From a virus, in IMG/VR virus record IMGVR_UViG_3300042988_001309, positions 1 through 64,000 of that record: a stretch of DNA of 64,000 nt; one strand, given 5' to 3'. Positions 30,696 to 39,061 of this stretch are shown in pieces. The notes beneath the pieces were generated by a model, which did no database searches, had not been told where the DNA came from, and was given only the letters and a program-made list of their open reading frames with translations. A program made the position numbers and the translations under genes. Within the stretch, counting starts at the first letter, position 1. Each line of letters starts with the position of its first letter.

Positions 30696-31304
30696 GTGGA
30701 ACGCGACGAGCTGGAACTTGAGGACCCCCTGGAGGGCCTGGAGCCACCCACCGACGCCTGGGGCGCCCCGGACATGAGCGGGCTCACCCCCGTCAAGGCC
30801 ACCCACCCGAGGGCCGACTGGGTCCGCTTCGATCGCAACCGGCGCAAGCGCTACTTGGACCTGCGCTCCTCCGGCGTGCCGCACTCCCAGGCCGCCAAGA
30901 TGGTCGGGGTCGGGCGCAACACCATCTGGCGCCACGCCAAGGTCGACCCGTTCTTCGCCGAGGCCGTCAAGCGGGCCGAGGCCAGCGCCGTGGAGATCGT
31001 CGAGGACGCCCTGTTCCAAGCGGCCAGCTCCGGCAACGTCACCGCCATGGTGTTCTACCTGGAGCGCCGGGACCCCGCCCGCTGGGGCAAGCCGGAGAAC
31101 CGAGGAGTGGTCATCAACGCCACCGCCACTGCGGTGACCGGAGCCCCGGCCAGCGACCCCGAGCGGGTCGACGTGGGCTCGCTCGATCCCCTGGAGCTGC
31201 GCCGCCGGGCCCTGGCCCTGCTCCATGAGGCGGCCGCCGAGCACGACGAGCTGACCTTCGGCGGGGCGATCATCGACACCACCGGCGTCGAGGTGGCGTC
31301 GTGA
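30696..31304 (+). CDS. terS: Terminase small subunit
   Basis: HTH (QAAKMVGVGRNTIWRH), VEDALFQAA.SGNVTAMVFYLERR.P.RWG; upstream of TerL. Confidence 0.75.
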   Translation: MERDELELEDPLEGLEPPTDAWGAPDMSGLTPVKATHPRADWVRFDRNRRKRYLDLRSSGVPHSQAAKMVGVGRNTIWRHAKVDPFFAEAVKRAEASAVEIVEDALFQAASSGNVTAMVFYLERRDPARWGKPENRGVVINATATAVTGAPASDPERVDVGSLDPLELRRRALALLHEAAAEHDELTFGGAIIDTTGVEVAS

Positions 31305-31495
31305 GCACCCTGGCCTGGACGGCGCTCTACTACGCCGCCGGACCCTGGCGGGAGTTCGTGCTCACCGTGCTGTCCATCACCTTGCTGGTTCTGCTCGACA
31401 CGACCGGGCGCATCGAGCGGTTCATGGCCAAGGTGGCCTGGCTGCTCGCGCCGCTGGCTGGCAAGTACCGCCACGGTCTGCACCCCCGCAAGTGA
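31301..31495 (+). CDS. Small membrane protein
   Basis: 64 aa, hydrophobic, GTGA-coupled to TerS and TerL. Confidence 0.45.
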   Translation: MSTLAWTALYYAAGPWREFVLTVLSITLLVLLDTTGRIERFMAKVAWLLAPLAGKYRHGLHPRK

Positions 31496-33012
31496 GCGTC
31501 CTGCTCCTGGGGCGGGACCAGCTCGCCGTCATGGAGCGGCGCCTGGAGGTCGAGACCGATCCCGACCGCATCCTGCTGCTCACCGAGACCATCCGCCGGG
31601 AGCGGGCCATTGCCTCGCCGGTGGCGTTCGCCGTTCACGTCACCCGAGGGCTCGCCTCGCCGTACATCCCCTACGAGTGGGTCCGCTACCTCAACAGCCA
31701 CCTGGTCGCCCTGGAGCAACGCAACATCGAGCTGCTCCTGATCGAGGCCCCGGTCCGTCATGGCAAGAGCGAGCTGGTGAGCGTCTACTTCCCGGCGTGG
31801 TATCTGGGCCGCAACCCGGACCATCGGGTGATCCTGGGCGGCCACAACGAGACGTTCGCCTCCCGGTTCGGGCGCCGGACCAGGAACCTGCTGCGCCAGT
31901 GGGGACCGAGCCTGTTCGGGGTGTCGGTGTCGGGGGAGCGCTTCGCCGCCAAGGACTGGAACCTCGGTGGCGTCTGGCGGGGCGGCATGGTGTCCACCGG
32001 CGTGGGCAACCCGCCGACCGGCGCCGGTGGCAACCTGATCGTGCTCGACGACCCGGTCAAGTCCTACGCCGAGGCCTATTCGCCGACCAAGCGGGAACAG
32101 CTCTACGAGTGGTGGCGTGAGGACATCCGCTCACGTTTCGAGCCCGGCGCGGTGTGCGTGATCGTCATGAGCCGCCGTCATGAGGACGACCTGTCGGGCC
32201 GGATCAAGACCGCCGAGCTGGAGGCCCGAGGGGAGATCATCGACGGGCCCCGTGACCGCTGGACGATCCTGCGCCTGCCCGGCCGGGCCGAGGCCAACGA
32301 TCCGCTCGGTCGAGCCCCCGGTGAGGCGCTGTGCCCCGAGCGCTACCCGCTCGACTCGTTGCTCAAGCTGGAGCGTTCGATGGGCCCGGTGGCCTTCTCG
32401 GCGATGATCCAGAACGCCCCGGCCCCGGCCGAGGGTCTGTTGTTCAAGATCAACGACTGGCGCTACGCCAAGGCCGCCCCGGCGGGCATCAACTGGGTGC
32501 GTTGGTGGGACCTCGCCAGCTCGGACCCCTCGGTGTCGTCATCGTCGGACCCGGACTGGACCGTGGGCGTGCTGGTGGGCCGCGACGACAACGGGGTGAT
32601 CTGGATCGCCGATGTGGAGCGGTTCCGCCTGGAGCCCGCCGCCCGCGAGAAGCGCATCCGCCTCATCGCCGAGAACGACCTGGCCCGTGGCGTGAAGCGT
32701 CAGGCGCTGCCCCAGGACCCCGGCGAGGGCAAGACGACCGGCCGTCATTACATCGCCAACGTGTTCGGCCCGCTCGGGGTGTACGCCAAGGCCTACCCGG
32801 TGAAGGGCTCCAAGGGAGAGCGCGCTGGCCCCTACGCCGGACAACAGGGCGCCAACAACGTGGTGCTGGTGATCGCGGGGTGGAACGAGGTGTTCACCAA
32901 AGAGCACCGGGACTTCCCCAACGGCTCGCACGACGACCAGGTGGACGCCGCCGCCATGGGGGTGCAGGACGTGCTCGGTCTGCTCGGTGGTCGAGCCCGC
33001 CTGGTGCTCTGA
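31492..33012 (+). CDS. terL: Terminase large subunit
   Basis: Walker A APVRHGKS, Walker B LIVLDDP, nuclease WDLA...DWTVG, FPNGSHDDQVDA. Confidence 0.95.
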   Translation: MSVLLLGRDQLAVMERRLEVETDPDRILLLTETIRRERAIASPVAFAVHVTRGLASPYIPYEWVRYLNSHLVALEQRNIELLLIEAPVRHGKSELVSVYFPAWYLGRNPDHRVILGGHNETFASRFGRRTRNLLRQWGPSLFGVSVSGERFAAKDWNLGGVWRGGMVSTGVGNPPTGAGGNLIVLDDPVKSYAEAYSPTKREQLYEWWREDIRSRFEPGAVCVIVMSRRHEDDLSGRIKTAELEARGEIIDGPRDRWTILRLPGRAEANDPLGRAPGEALCPERYPLDSLLKLERSMGPVAFSAMIQNAPAPAEGLLFKINDWRYAKAAPAGINWVRWWDLASSDPSVSSSSDPDWTVGVLVGRDDNGVIWIADVERFRLEPAAREKRIRLIAENDLARGVKRQALPQDPGEGKTTGRHYIANVFGPLGVYAKAYPVKGSKGERAGPYAGQQGANNVVLVIAGWNEVFTKEHRDFPNGSHDDQVDAAAMGVQDVLGLLGGRARLVL

Positions 33013-33026
33013 CCCTCCGAGGGTCT

Positions 33027-33057
33027 GGTCAAGCCGACTTGACTCGTCGGTTATAAT
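33027..33057 (+). promoter_or_regulatory. Operator plus consensus -10 box after terL
   Basis: GGTCAAGCCGACTTGACT followed by TATAAT. Confidence 0.7.
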
Positions 33058-33098
33058 GGAACCAGGACGGGGGACCGCCCCGTCGAGAGGAGTTCCAG

Positions 33099-33452
33099 AT
33101 GCCAGCCCAGACCAAGCCCAGGACCACGGTGATCACGGTCGCCGAGTTACAGCCCGGCGATACGTTCCGCCTGATCGAGTCGAGCGTGACGGTCGATGCC
33201 TTCGGCACCGGCGCTCGCGCTGCACAGGAGAAGGTGTTGGTGGGCCGGTGCGAGTCGGCGACGTTGGTGGACAACGACGACAGCTACTACGTGACGTGCC
33301 CCGACGCGGGCCCTCGCGTCCGGCTCGACTTCCAGCTCGTCCGCCAGCTCGACGACGAGGCGCGCCGGGTCGCCATCGGCCGCCACCCGCTGGTGGTCCC
33401 CACCCGCACCCGTTACCTGCGCCCCACCGACCTGGTGACCAAGGTCCTGTGA
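33099..33452 (+). CDS. Hypothetical protein
   Basis: TATAAT at 33052 and GAGGAG RBS. Confidence 0.6.
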   Translation: MPAQTKPRTTVITVAELQPGDTFRLIESSVTVDAFGTGARAAQEKVLVGRCESATLVDNDDSYYVTCPDAGPRVRLDFQLVRQLDDEARRVAIGRHPLVVPTRTRYLRPTDLVTKVL

Positions 33453-33470
33453 AGTCCCATCAGAGAATCT

Positions 33471-33488
33471 GGTCAAAGTGACTTGACC
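33471..33488. promoter_or_regulatory. Operator GGTCAA-N6-TTGACC (perfect), overlapping a -35 box
   Basis: GGTCAAAGTGACTTGACC. Confidence 0.8.
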
Positions 33489-33554
33489 CGTAATCTAACC
33501 CGTGACTATGGTTTGGCCACGGGGCACTTCCCACCCCAACCCGAGAGGAGCAAC

Positions 33555-34016
33555 ATGAACCCGACCATCACCCGCTGGAGCTTCGACTCCGACTGCGGCC
33601 ACCTGGCCATCGACCTGAGCGACGAGGTGTTCGGCCACATCGGCCGCTACCGGCTCTCCACCAAGGCCCTCCGCCACACCGGCCGCTGGACCCGCGTCAG
33701 TCGCGACGCCACCCGCACCATCTATAACCCCGAGCTGATCGACATCCTCGATCGCATCGTGTCGGCCCACCCGGTGGCCAACCTGGTCGCCGCCGACTCG
33801 ACGCTCACCGCCCTCGCCGTGGCCTACCCGCCCGAGACCTTCGACGCCGTGGACGCCGCCCTCGCCGCCGAGGAAGCCGCCGAGGCCGCTGCTCGCATGG
33901 CCGACGCCATCGACGAGGCCGACTTCGCCCTCGCTGCCGAGGAAGCCGCCGACCCCGCCTGGGCCGCCGAGGCCGCCGAGGTCGCCGCTGCTCAAGCTGC
34001 CGAACCCACCGCCTGA
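33555..34016 (+). CDS. Hypothetical protein with an acidic Ala/Glu/Asp tail
   Basis: TTGACC-N18-TATGGT promoter, GAGGAG RBS. Confidence 0.65.
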   Translation: MNPTITRWSFDSDCGHLAIDLSDEVFGHIGRYRLSTKALRHTGRWTRVSRDATRTIYNPELIDILDRIVSAHPVANLVAADSTLTALAVAYPPETFDAVDAALAAEEAAEAAARMADAIDEADFALAAEEAADPAWAAEAAEVAAAQAAEPTA

Positions 34017-34033
34017 CCCCAACGGAACGTCCC

Positions 34034-34390
34034 ATGCCTCACGTAACTGATCAACCGAGCTTGACCAGCCTTGTCGAACCAGCCCGGCTCAAGCTGGCCA
34101 TGCACCGGGTCCTGGTCGAGGCCGTGCGGGAGGTCGACGATGCCCGCCAACGCATCGTCGCCCTCGCCGACGACCTGGCCGATCAACCCGCCGACGCCGA
34201 CCTGCGCGCCGCCGCTGCGCTCGACGAGGCCGCCGCCCAGTTGGCCCTGTGGTCACTGCGCCGCCTCGCCGCCCAGCGCCTGCTCGCCATCTGGCCCAAC
34301 GTGATCGACACCCTCAACATGGACGACCCTGCCAGCGGGGTCGCCTGGGTCATCGAGCGCCTGCTCGCCGCCAAGGCGGTGACCCGATGA
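34034..34390 (+). CDS. Hypothetical helical protein
   Basis: Coupled to the next gene; operator site within its 5' end. Confidence 0.5.
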   Translation: MPHVTDQPSLTSLVEPARLKLAMHRVLVEAVREVDDARQRIVALADDLADQPADADLRAAAALDEAAAQLALWSLRRLAAQRLLAIWPNVIDTLNMDDPASGVAWVIERLLAAKAVTR

Positions 34391-35580
34391 GCGACACCCA
34401 CATTCGCCGAGAGGTCGACGCCATCATCGCCGAGGCCAACCGTAAGGACGGCTGGACGGTCAAGCGCAACAAGGCCTCCATCACCCTGCTCGGCCCCGAC
34501 GGCGTCCGAGTCGTCATGGCCCTCACCCCGAGCGACTGGCGCTCGATCCGCAACACCCGCGCCTACCTGCGCCGGGCTGGCTTCTACGGCCCGTGCAATG
34601 CCCGCGACGCCGAGGTTGTCGACGTGGATCTCGTCGTCCCCGCCATCACCGACCAGGCCGAGGCCCTCGGCATGAGCCCGATCGACTACGTCGCCGACAT
34701 GGCCTCCCACAACGTGGTCGTCGGCAACGAGCACATGGTCGCCAAGGTCATCGAGACCCAGATCCTCGACCACGCCTACCTCGACCCCCTCACCATGCGC
34801 GCCGAGGAAGCCGCCGCCAAGCGGCGCGCCGAGCGCACCCCCGAACCCGATCCCATCACCTCACCGGAGGAACCCGTGTCCATGCCCATCCCCACCGAGC
34901 CCACCCCCACCCTGAGAGACGCCCTGCTCGCCCACGTCAACACCGCCGGGCACCCGGTCACCATCGACGACGCCGTGGCTCTGTTCCCCGACAACCCGCC
35001 CGCCTCGGTCGGCTCGACCCTCAACTACCTGGCCCGCACCAACCAGCTCCGCCGGATCGGCCGGGGCCTGTACGTGTCGCTGGACGCCCCCGAGCTGCCT
35101 CTCACCACCCGCGAGCGGGGCGCCGCCCGCAAGGTCATGGTCGCCCTGCGCGACGCCGACGGGCCCCTCATGGCCGAGGAGCTGGCGACGGCCACCGGGC
35201 TCACCCGGGACAAGGTCATGCGAGCCACCAACTACCTGGTCAACCTCGGCCAGATCCGCCGCCTCATCACCGGGATGTTTGAGTTCGTCGAGACCACCGG
35301 CCACATCGAGCACGACGGTGTCGTGGCCCACCAGTTCACCGAGCCCGAGGCGCCGGTGGCCACCGTGACCCAGATCCACCCGGCCGCCATGGCCCACCCC
35401 GCCTTCGGAGCCCCCGAGGCCGTCATCGAGCCCGAGGCCAAGGCCCCGGTGAGCGCCAGCGACGCCCTGGCCCTGCTGGAACTGATCGTGCCCTCCGGCT
35501 CGATCAAGATCACCCACCTCGGCCTGGTCAACGACTGGGTCGCCGCCACCCAGAACCTGCTCAACGCCCTGGCCCAATGA
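34387..35580 (+). CDS. HicA-like domain fused to tandem winged-HTH domains
   Basis: GWTVKR...GPDG..V....TPSDWRSIRN.RA.LRRAG; L.RIGRGLY; second wHTH. Confidence 0.6.
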   Translation: MSDTHIRREVDAIIAEANRKDGWTVKRNKASITLLGPDGVRVVMALTPSDWRSIRNTRAYLRRAGFYGPCNARDAEVVDVDLVVPAITDQAEALGMSPIDYVADMASHNVVVGNEHMVAKVIETQILDHAYLDPLTMRAEEAAAKRRAERTPEPDPITSPEEPVSMPIPTEPTPTLRDALLAHVNTAGHPVTIDDAVALFPDNPPASVGSTLNYLARTNQLRRIGRGLYVSLDAPELPLTTRERGAARKVMVALRDADGPLMAEELATATGLTRDKVMRATNYLVNLGQIRRLITGMFEFVETTGHIEHDGVVAHQFTEPEAPVATVTQIHPAAMAHPAFGAPEAVIEPEAKAPVSASDALALLELIVPSGSIKITHLGLVNDWVAATQNLLNALAQ

Positions 35581-36043
35581 CCGCCACCGCCGTGCCCCTG
35601 CCGGGCATGGAGCCGGAGTTCGTGCGCTGGAAGGGCCGGGTCTACCGAGTCAAGGGGACCTGGCCCGACGGCTCCATCAGTCTCTGGGGCCCCATCGACG
35701 ACCCCCACGCCCGCTACCGCGCCGCCAAGCCCGACGACGTGCGCCCCGCCAAAGAACCCGCCACCCGACCCTCCAAGACCGCAAGGACCCTCTCATGATC
35801 CTCGACCTCACCCCCGCCAACTTCGTCGTCTCCCACGACGGCCTGTCGGCCCTCAACCCCCTCCACATCACCCGCCTCACCGTGGAGTCCGACAAGATGA
35901 ACCGGGTCGGCGGTGGCTACCTGGTGCGCGCCTACCTGACCCCGGCCAGCGTGAGCGAGTTGAAGTTCGTGCCCCACACCCTCGGCGTGTTCGACACCGA
36001 GGACAAGGCACGCGACTACCTCGACGAACTGCTCGGAGCGTGA
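35577..36043 (+). other. Two small hypothetical genes (35577-35798, 35795-36043)
   Basis: ATGA-coupled ORFs. Confidence 0.5.
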
Positions 36044-36046
36044 ACC

Positions 36047-36580
36047 GTGGGCGTCATCGTCACCCAGAACGCCTACGAGCACCACATCGACGGCCAGCTC
36101 CACGCCCTGCGGGTCCGCTCCCGCGGGGCGCTGGGGGAGTGGAGCCCCGATGTCACCTACGGCCCGCCCGAGTGGGCCCTCGACGCCGCCTGTGCCGGGC
36201 GGGTCGACCCCGACGATCTGGTGCTCAACACCCTGCTCGGCCAGCCCGGCCAACGTACCCAGCTCTACAAGATGGCCCAGTGCGCCAAGGACTACTGCGC
36301 CCGCTGCCCGGTGACCATCGACTGTGAGCGCCACGGGGCCCGTCATGGCGACGCCGGGCTCTACGGCGGACGCATCCGCCGGGTCCCGGTGGACACTGCG
36401 GCATCGCTGGCGCTCTATCGCCGCCGCCTGGGCGAGGCGTGCGATCCCGACGACGGCCAGAACGCTCGACGCATCGAGACCGACGAGATGATGGCCCTCG
36501 TCGATGCCAAGCCGGGCGTGCCCCGCCCGCACCGCCGGGTAGCGATGCCCGAGGACGAGTCCATCCCCCTGGCACAATGA
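36047..36580 (+). CDS. whiB: WhiB-family Fe-S transcription factor
   Basis: W..DAAC...AKDYCARCPVTIDC...GLYGG. Confidence 0.75.
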   Translation: MGVIVTQNAYEHHIDGQLHALRVRSRGALGEWSPDVTYGPPEWALDAACAGRVDPDDLVLNTLLGQPGQRTQLYKMAQCAKDYCARCPVTIDCERHGARHGDAGLYGGRIRRVPVDTAASLALYRRRLGEACDPDDGQNARRIETDEMMALVDAKPGVPRPHRRVAMPEDESIPLAQ

Positions 36581-36587
36581 CCAGTCC

Positions 36588-37079
36588 ATGACGGCGCCCC
36601 CGGGCTTCAACCCTTGGCTCGATCTGCTGGAGCAGGCCGACGGCGACCTCGCCGCCATCGACCCCGGCGCGGCGGCCGCGGCCATGCTGGAGATCATCAC
36701 CGCCGGGGCGAACCCCGAGCGGCTCCTGGCCGAGGCCCGCGTGGCGTGGTCGGTGGCTCAAGGCGACGAGACCCCGAGGCCCGCCACCCGGGGTCTCACC
36801 CGCCTGGTCCGCTCGATCCCCGACCCCCTCGGCCCGGCCCCGGCCCGCCGCCTGCTCGACCGCATCACCGAGACCCGGGCCGTCATGCGCCAGCTCCTGC
36901 TCCAGCTCGACGCCCTCGCCGCCCCGCTCGACGACTGGATCACCGGCGACCCGGCCACGGCCAGCGATGAGCTGGAGGCCCTTGACCTCATCGACGAGCG
37001 CTCGTTCCTGGAGGGCAAGATCGCCGAGGCCGCCGCCCCCGCCCTGGCCGAGCTTGAACGTCTGATCGCCCTGCTGTAG
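36588..37079 (+). CDS. Hypothetical helical protein
   Basis: 163 aa with typical codon usage. Confidence 0.55.
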   Translation: MTAPPGFNPWLDLLEQADGDLAAIDPGAAAAAMLEIITAGANPERLLAEARVAWSVAQGDETPRPATRGLTRLVRSIPDPLGPAPARRLLDRITETRAVMRQLLLQLDALAAPLDDWITGDPATASDELEALDLIDERSFLEGKIAEAAAPALAELERLIALL

Positions 37080-37127
37080 TCCCGACGATCATCTGCGCCA
37101 CTGGTAAATCGCACCTACCCTGGTGGC

Positions 37128-37406
37128 ATGGTGCAGGACCGGGGTGCTGACCCCAACGACCTGCCCGAGGACAACGTCAAGACCACGTCACGCGAGCCAT
37201 TCATGGTCCGCTTCGCCGTGGCCTTCTCCGACGCTGACCGACGGGCATCACTGGCGATCATGGCGCTGTTCGCCGCCGTCATCGCCTTGGCCACCGGCGG
37301 CTTCCTCATCAGTCCACCCGTAGGCGCGTTCTGTCTCGCCGCCGGGCTCGGACTGGTCGCCCTGGCGTTCGGCCGCACCGACACCGAACCCGAGGAGGGT
37401 GACTGA
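37128..37406 (+). CDS. Small two-TM protein preceding the portal gene
   Basis: Two hydrophobic helices; its stop overlaps the portal start. Confidence 0.65.
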   Translation: MVQDRGADPNDLPEDNVKTTSREPFMVRFAVAFSDADRRASLAIMALFAAVIALATGGFLISPPVGAFCLAAGLGLVALAFGRTDTEPEEGD

Positions 37407-39061
37407 TGGGCTTTGGCCAGTCCCGCAAAGCACGTAGCTCGACCGTGCCGACCTCCACCCAACGTCCCAGCCCGTACCCGGTCATGCCCGGCCGCGCGGG
37501 CCAGCCCTACCGCGACTCCTGGGACATGAACCGGGCCGTCGACTACGGCCTCAACAGGTCCATCTGGGTGTACCGGGCCATCAACGCCATCGCCACCAAC
37601 CAGGCCCGCCTGCCCATGGTGGCCCGCAAGGGCGACTGGATCGCCGGGCCCGAGCTGCGCGTCGGCGCCACCCGCGACATTCTCAAGCTCCTCAACTACC
37701 AGGCCAACCCCAACGAGCACGCCACGGCGATCTTCCGCAAGCGGCTCACCCAGATCCTGCTGCTCAACCGCCAGGGCGTCATGATCGAGATCATCCGCGA
37801 CCGGGCCGGACGGCCGCTCGCGCTCTACATCCTGCCCCCGGGCTACACCCACCCGATCCCCGACGAGCGCACCTTCGTGTCGGGCTTCCGGGTCTGGTTC
37901 CCCGGCAAGAGCTTCGTGGACCTCCCGCCCGAGAACGTCATCTGGATCAGGGAACCGCACCCCACCGACCCCTACCTGGGCATCACCCCGCTGGAGGCGG
38001 CCGGAATCAACGTCGAGATGGACTACTACAGCCGTCTCTACAACCGGAACTTCCTGGCCAACGACATGCGCCCCGGCGGCATCTTGGTGCTCAAGGGCCA
38101 CATGGACGACGCGGATGCCGACGAGCTGCGCCGCCGGTTCTCCGGCTACGGGCCCGGCTACGCCGGTGCTGGGCGCCTCACCGCCATCGAGTCCGACCAG
38201 GGCGCCGACTTCGTCGACACCGGCGCTGCCCCGCGCGACGGCCACTACCTCCAGCTCGACCGGCTCACCCGCGAGTCGATCCTGCTGGCCTTCGGCGTGC
38301 CCGAGTCGATCGCCGGGAACGCCAGCGGCCGCACCTTCGCCAACGCCGATGCCGAGAAGGAAATCTTCTGGCAAGAGACGATGCTCCCGCACCTCGACAT
38401 GATCGCCCGAGGCTTCGACCGGCTCATCGACGACGACCCCGAGCACTTCGCCAGCTACGACTTCACCTCGGTGCCGATCCTGGAGCGCTACAAGCGCGAG
38501 GCGGCCGCCGCCCTCAAGGGCGAGCACGATGCCGGGCTCATCAGTGTGGACGAGTACCGGGAAGGCACTGGACGCAAGGCCGTGGGCCACAGCAAGCTCT
38601 ACATCGGTCAGGGCCAGACCGCCGTCATCGACGTGGCCAAGCCCTTCCAACCGCTGGAGGACCCCGCCGCTGGCGCCGGTGGCGAGGACCCGATGGCGGG
38701 CCTGGGCGCCCCCGCTGAACCCTTCGGAGCACCGGACTCCGCTGGTGCCGGGGAACTGCCAGGGTCGCCCTCCGCGTCGTTGCCCGGCGACGGGGGGGAC
38801 CCCATGGGCCCCACCCCCCAGCCCGAGCAGGACCCCGCCGGGGCCGATGCGCCGCCGTCATCGCCGGACCCCTACTGGTCCCAGGTGGCGACCGAGGCCG
38901 CCAACCCGGCCCCCGGCACGCCCGAGTGGTGGGCCGCCTACGACTCGATGTTTGAGCGCGACGAGGCCAAGAGCTTGGAGCCCATCCCGGTGCGCCAGCT
39001 CAAGGCCGCGCCCGTGCTCCCCGCCCCGAGGGAGGATCTGTGGACGACGCTGCCTGGGTAG
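37406..39061 (+). CDS. Portal protein (HK97-like)
   Basis: WVYRAINAIA, LLNYQANP, YLGITPLEAA, N..F.N...PGGIL, ILLAFGVP, VDEYR; Pro/Gly-rich tail. Confidence 0.92.
   Translation: MGFGQSRKARSSTVPTSTQRPSPYPVMPGRAGQPYRDSWDMNRAVDYGLNRSIWVYRAINAIATNQARLPMVARKGDWIAGPELRVGATRDILKLLNYQANPNEHATAIFRKRLTQILLLNRQGVMIEIIRDRAGRPLALYILPPGYTHPIPDERTFVSGFRVWFPGKSFVDLPPENVIWIREPHPTDPYLGITPLEAAGINVEMDYYSRLYNRNFLANDMRPGGILVLKGHMDDADADELRRRFSGYGPGYAGAGRLTAIESDQGADFVDTGAAPRDGHYLQLDRLTRESILLAFGVPESIAGNASGRTFANADAEKEIFWQETMLPHLDMIARGFDRLIDDDPEHFASYDFTSVPILERYKREAAAALKGEHDAGLISVDEYREGTGRKAVGHSKLYIGQGQTAVIDVAKPFQPLEDPAAGAGGEDPMAGLGAPAEPFGAPDSAGAGELPGSPSASLPGDGGDPMGPTPQPEQDPAGADAPPSSPDPYWSQVATEAANPAPGTPEWWAAYDSMFERDEAKSLEPIPVRQLKAAPVLPAPREDLWTTLPG

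Noticed and set aside
31492-33012. Intein or intron in terL or the SNF2 helicase
   Set aside because: Lengths and motif spacing are normal, and no splice-junction motifs are seen.
38956-39061. Programmed -1 frameshift fusing portal to MuF
   Set aside because: The frames overlap, but I see no canonical slippery heptamer, and the GTG at 39040 has its own GAGGGAGG RBS. Not excluded, but unsupported.
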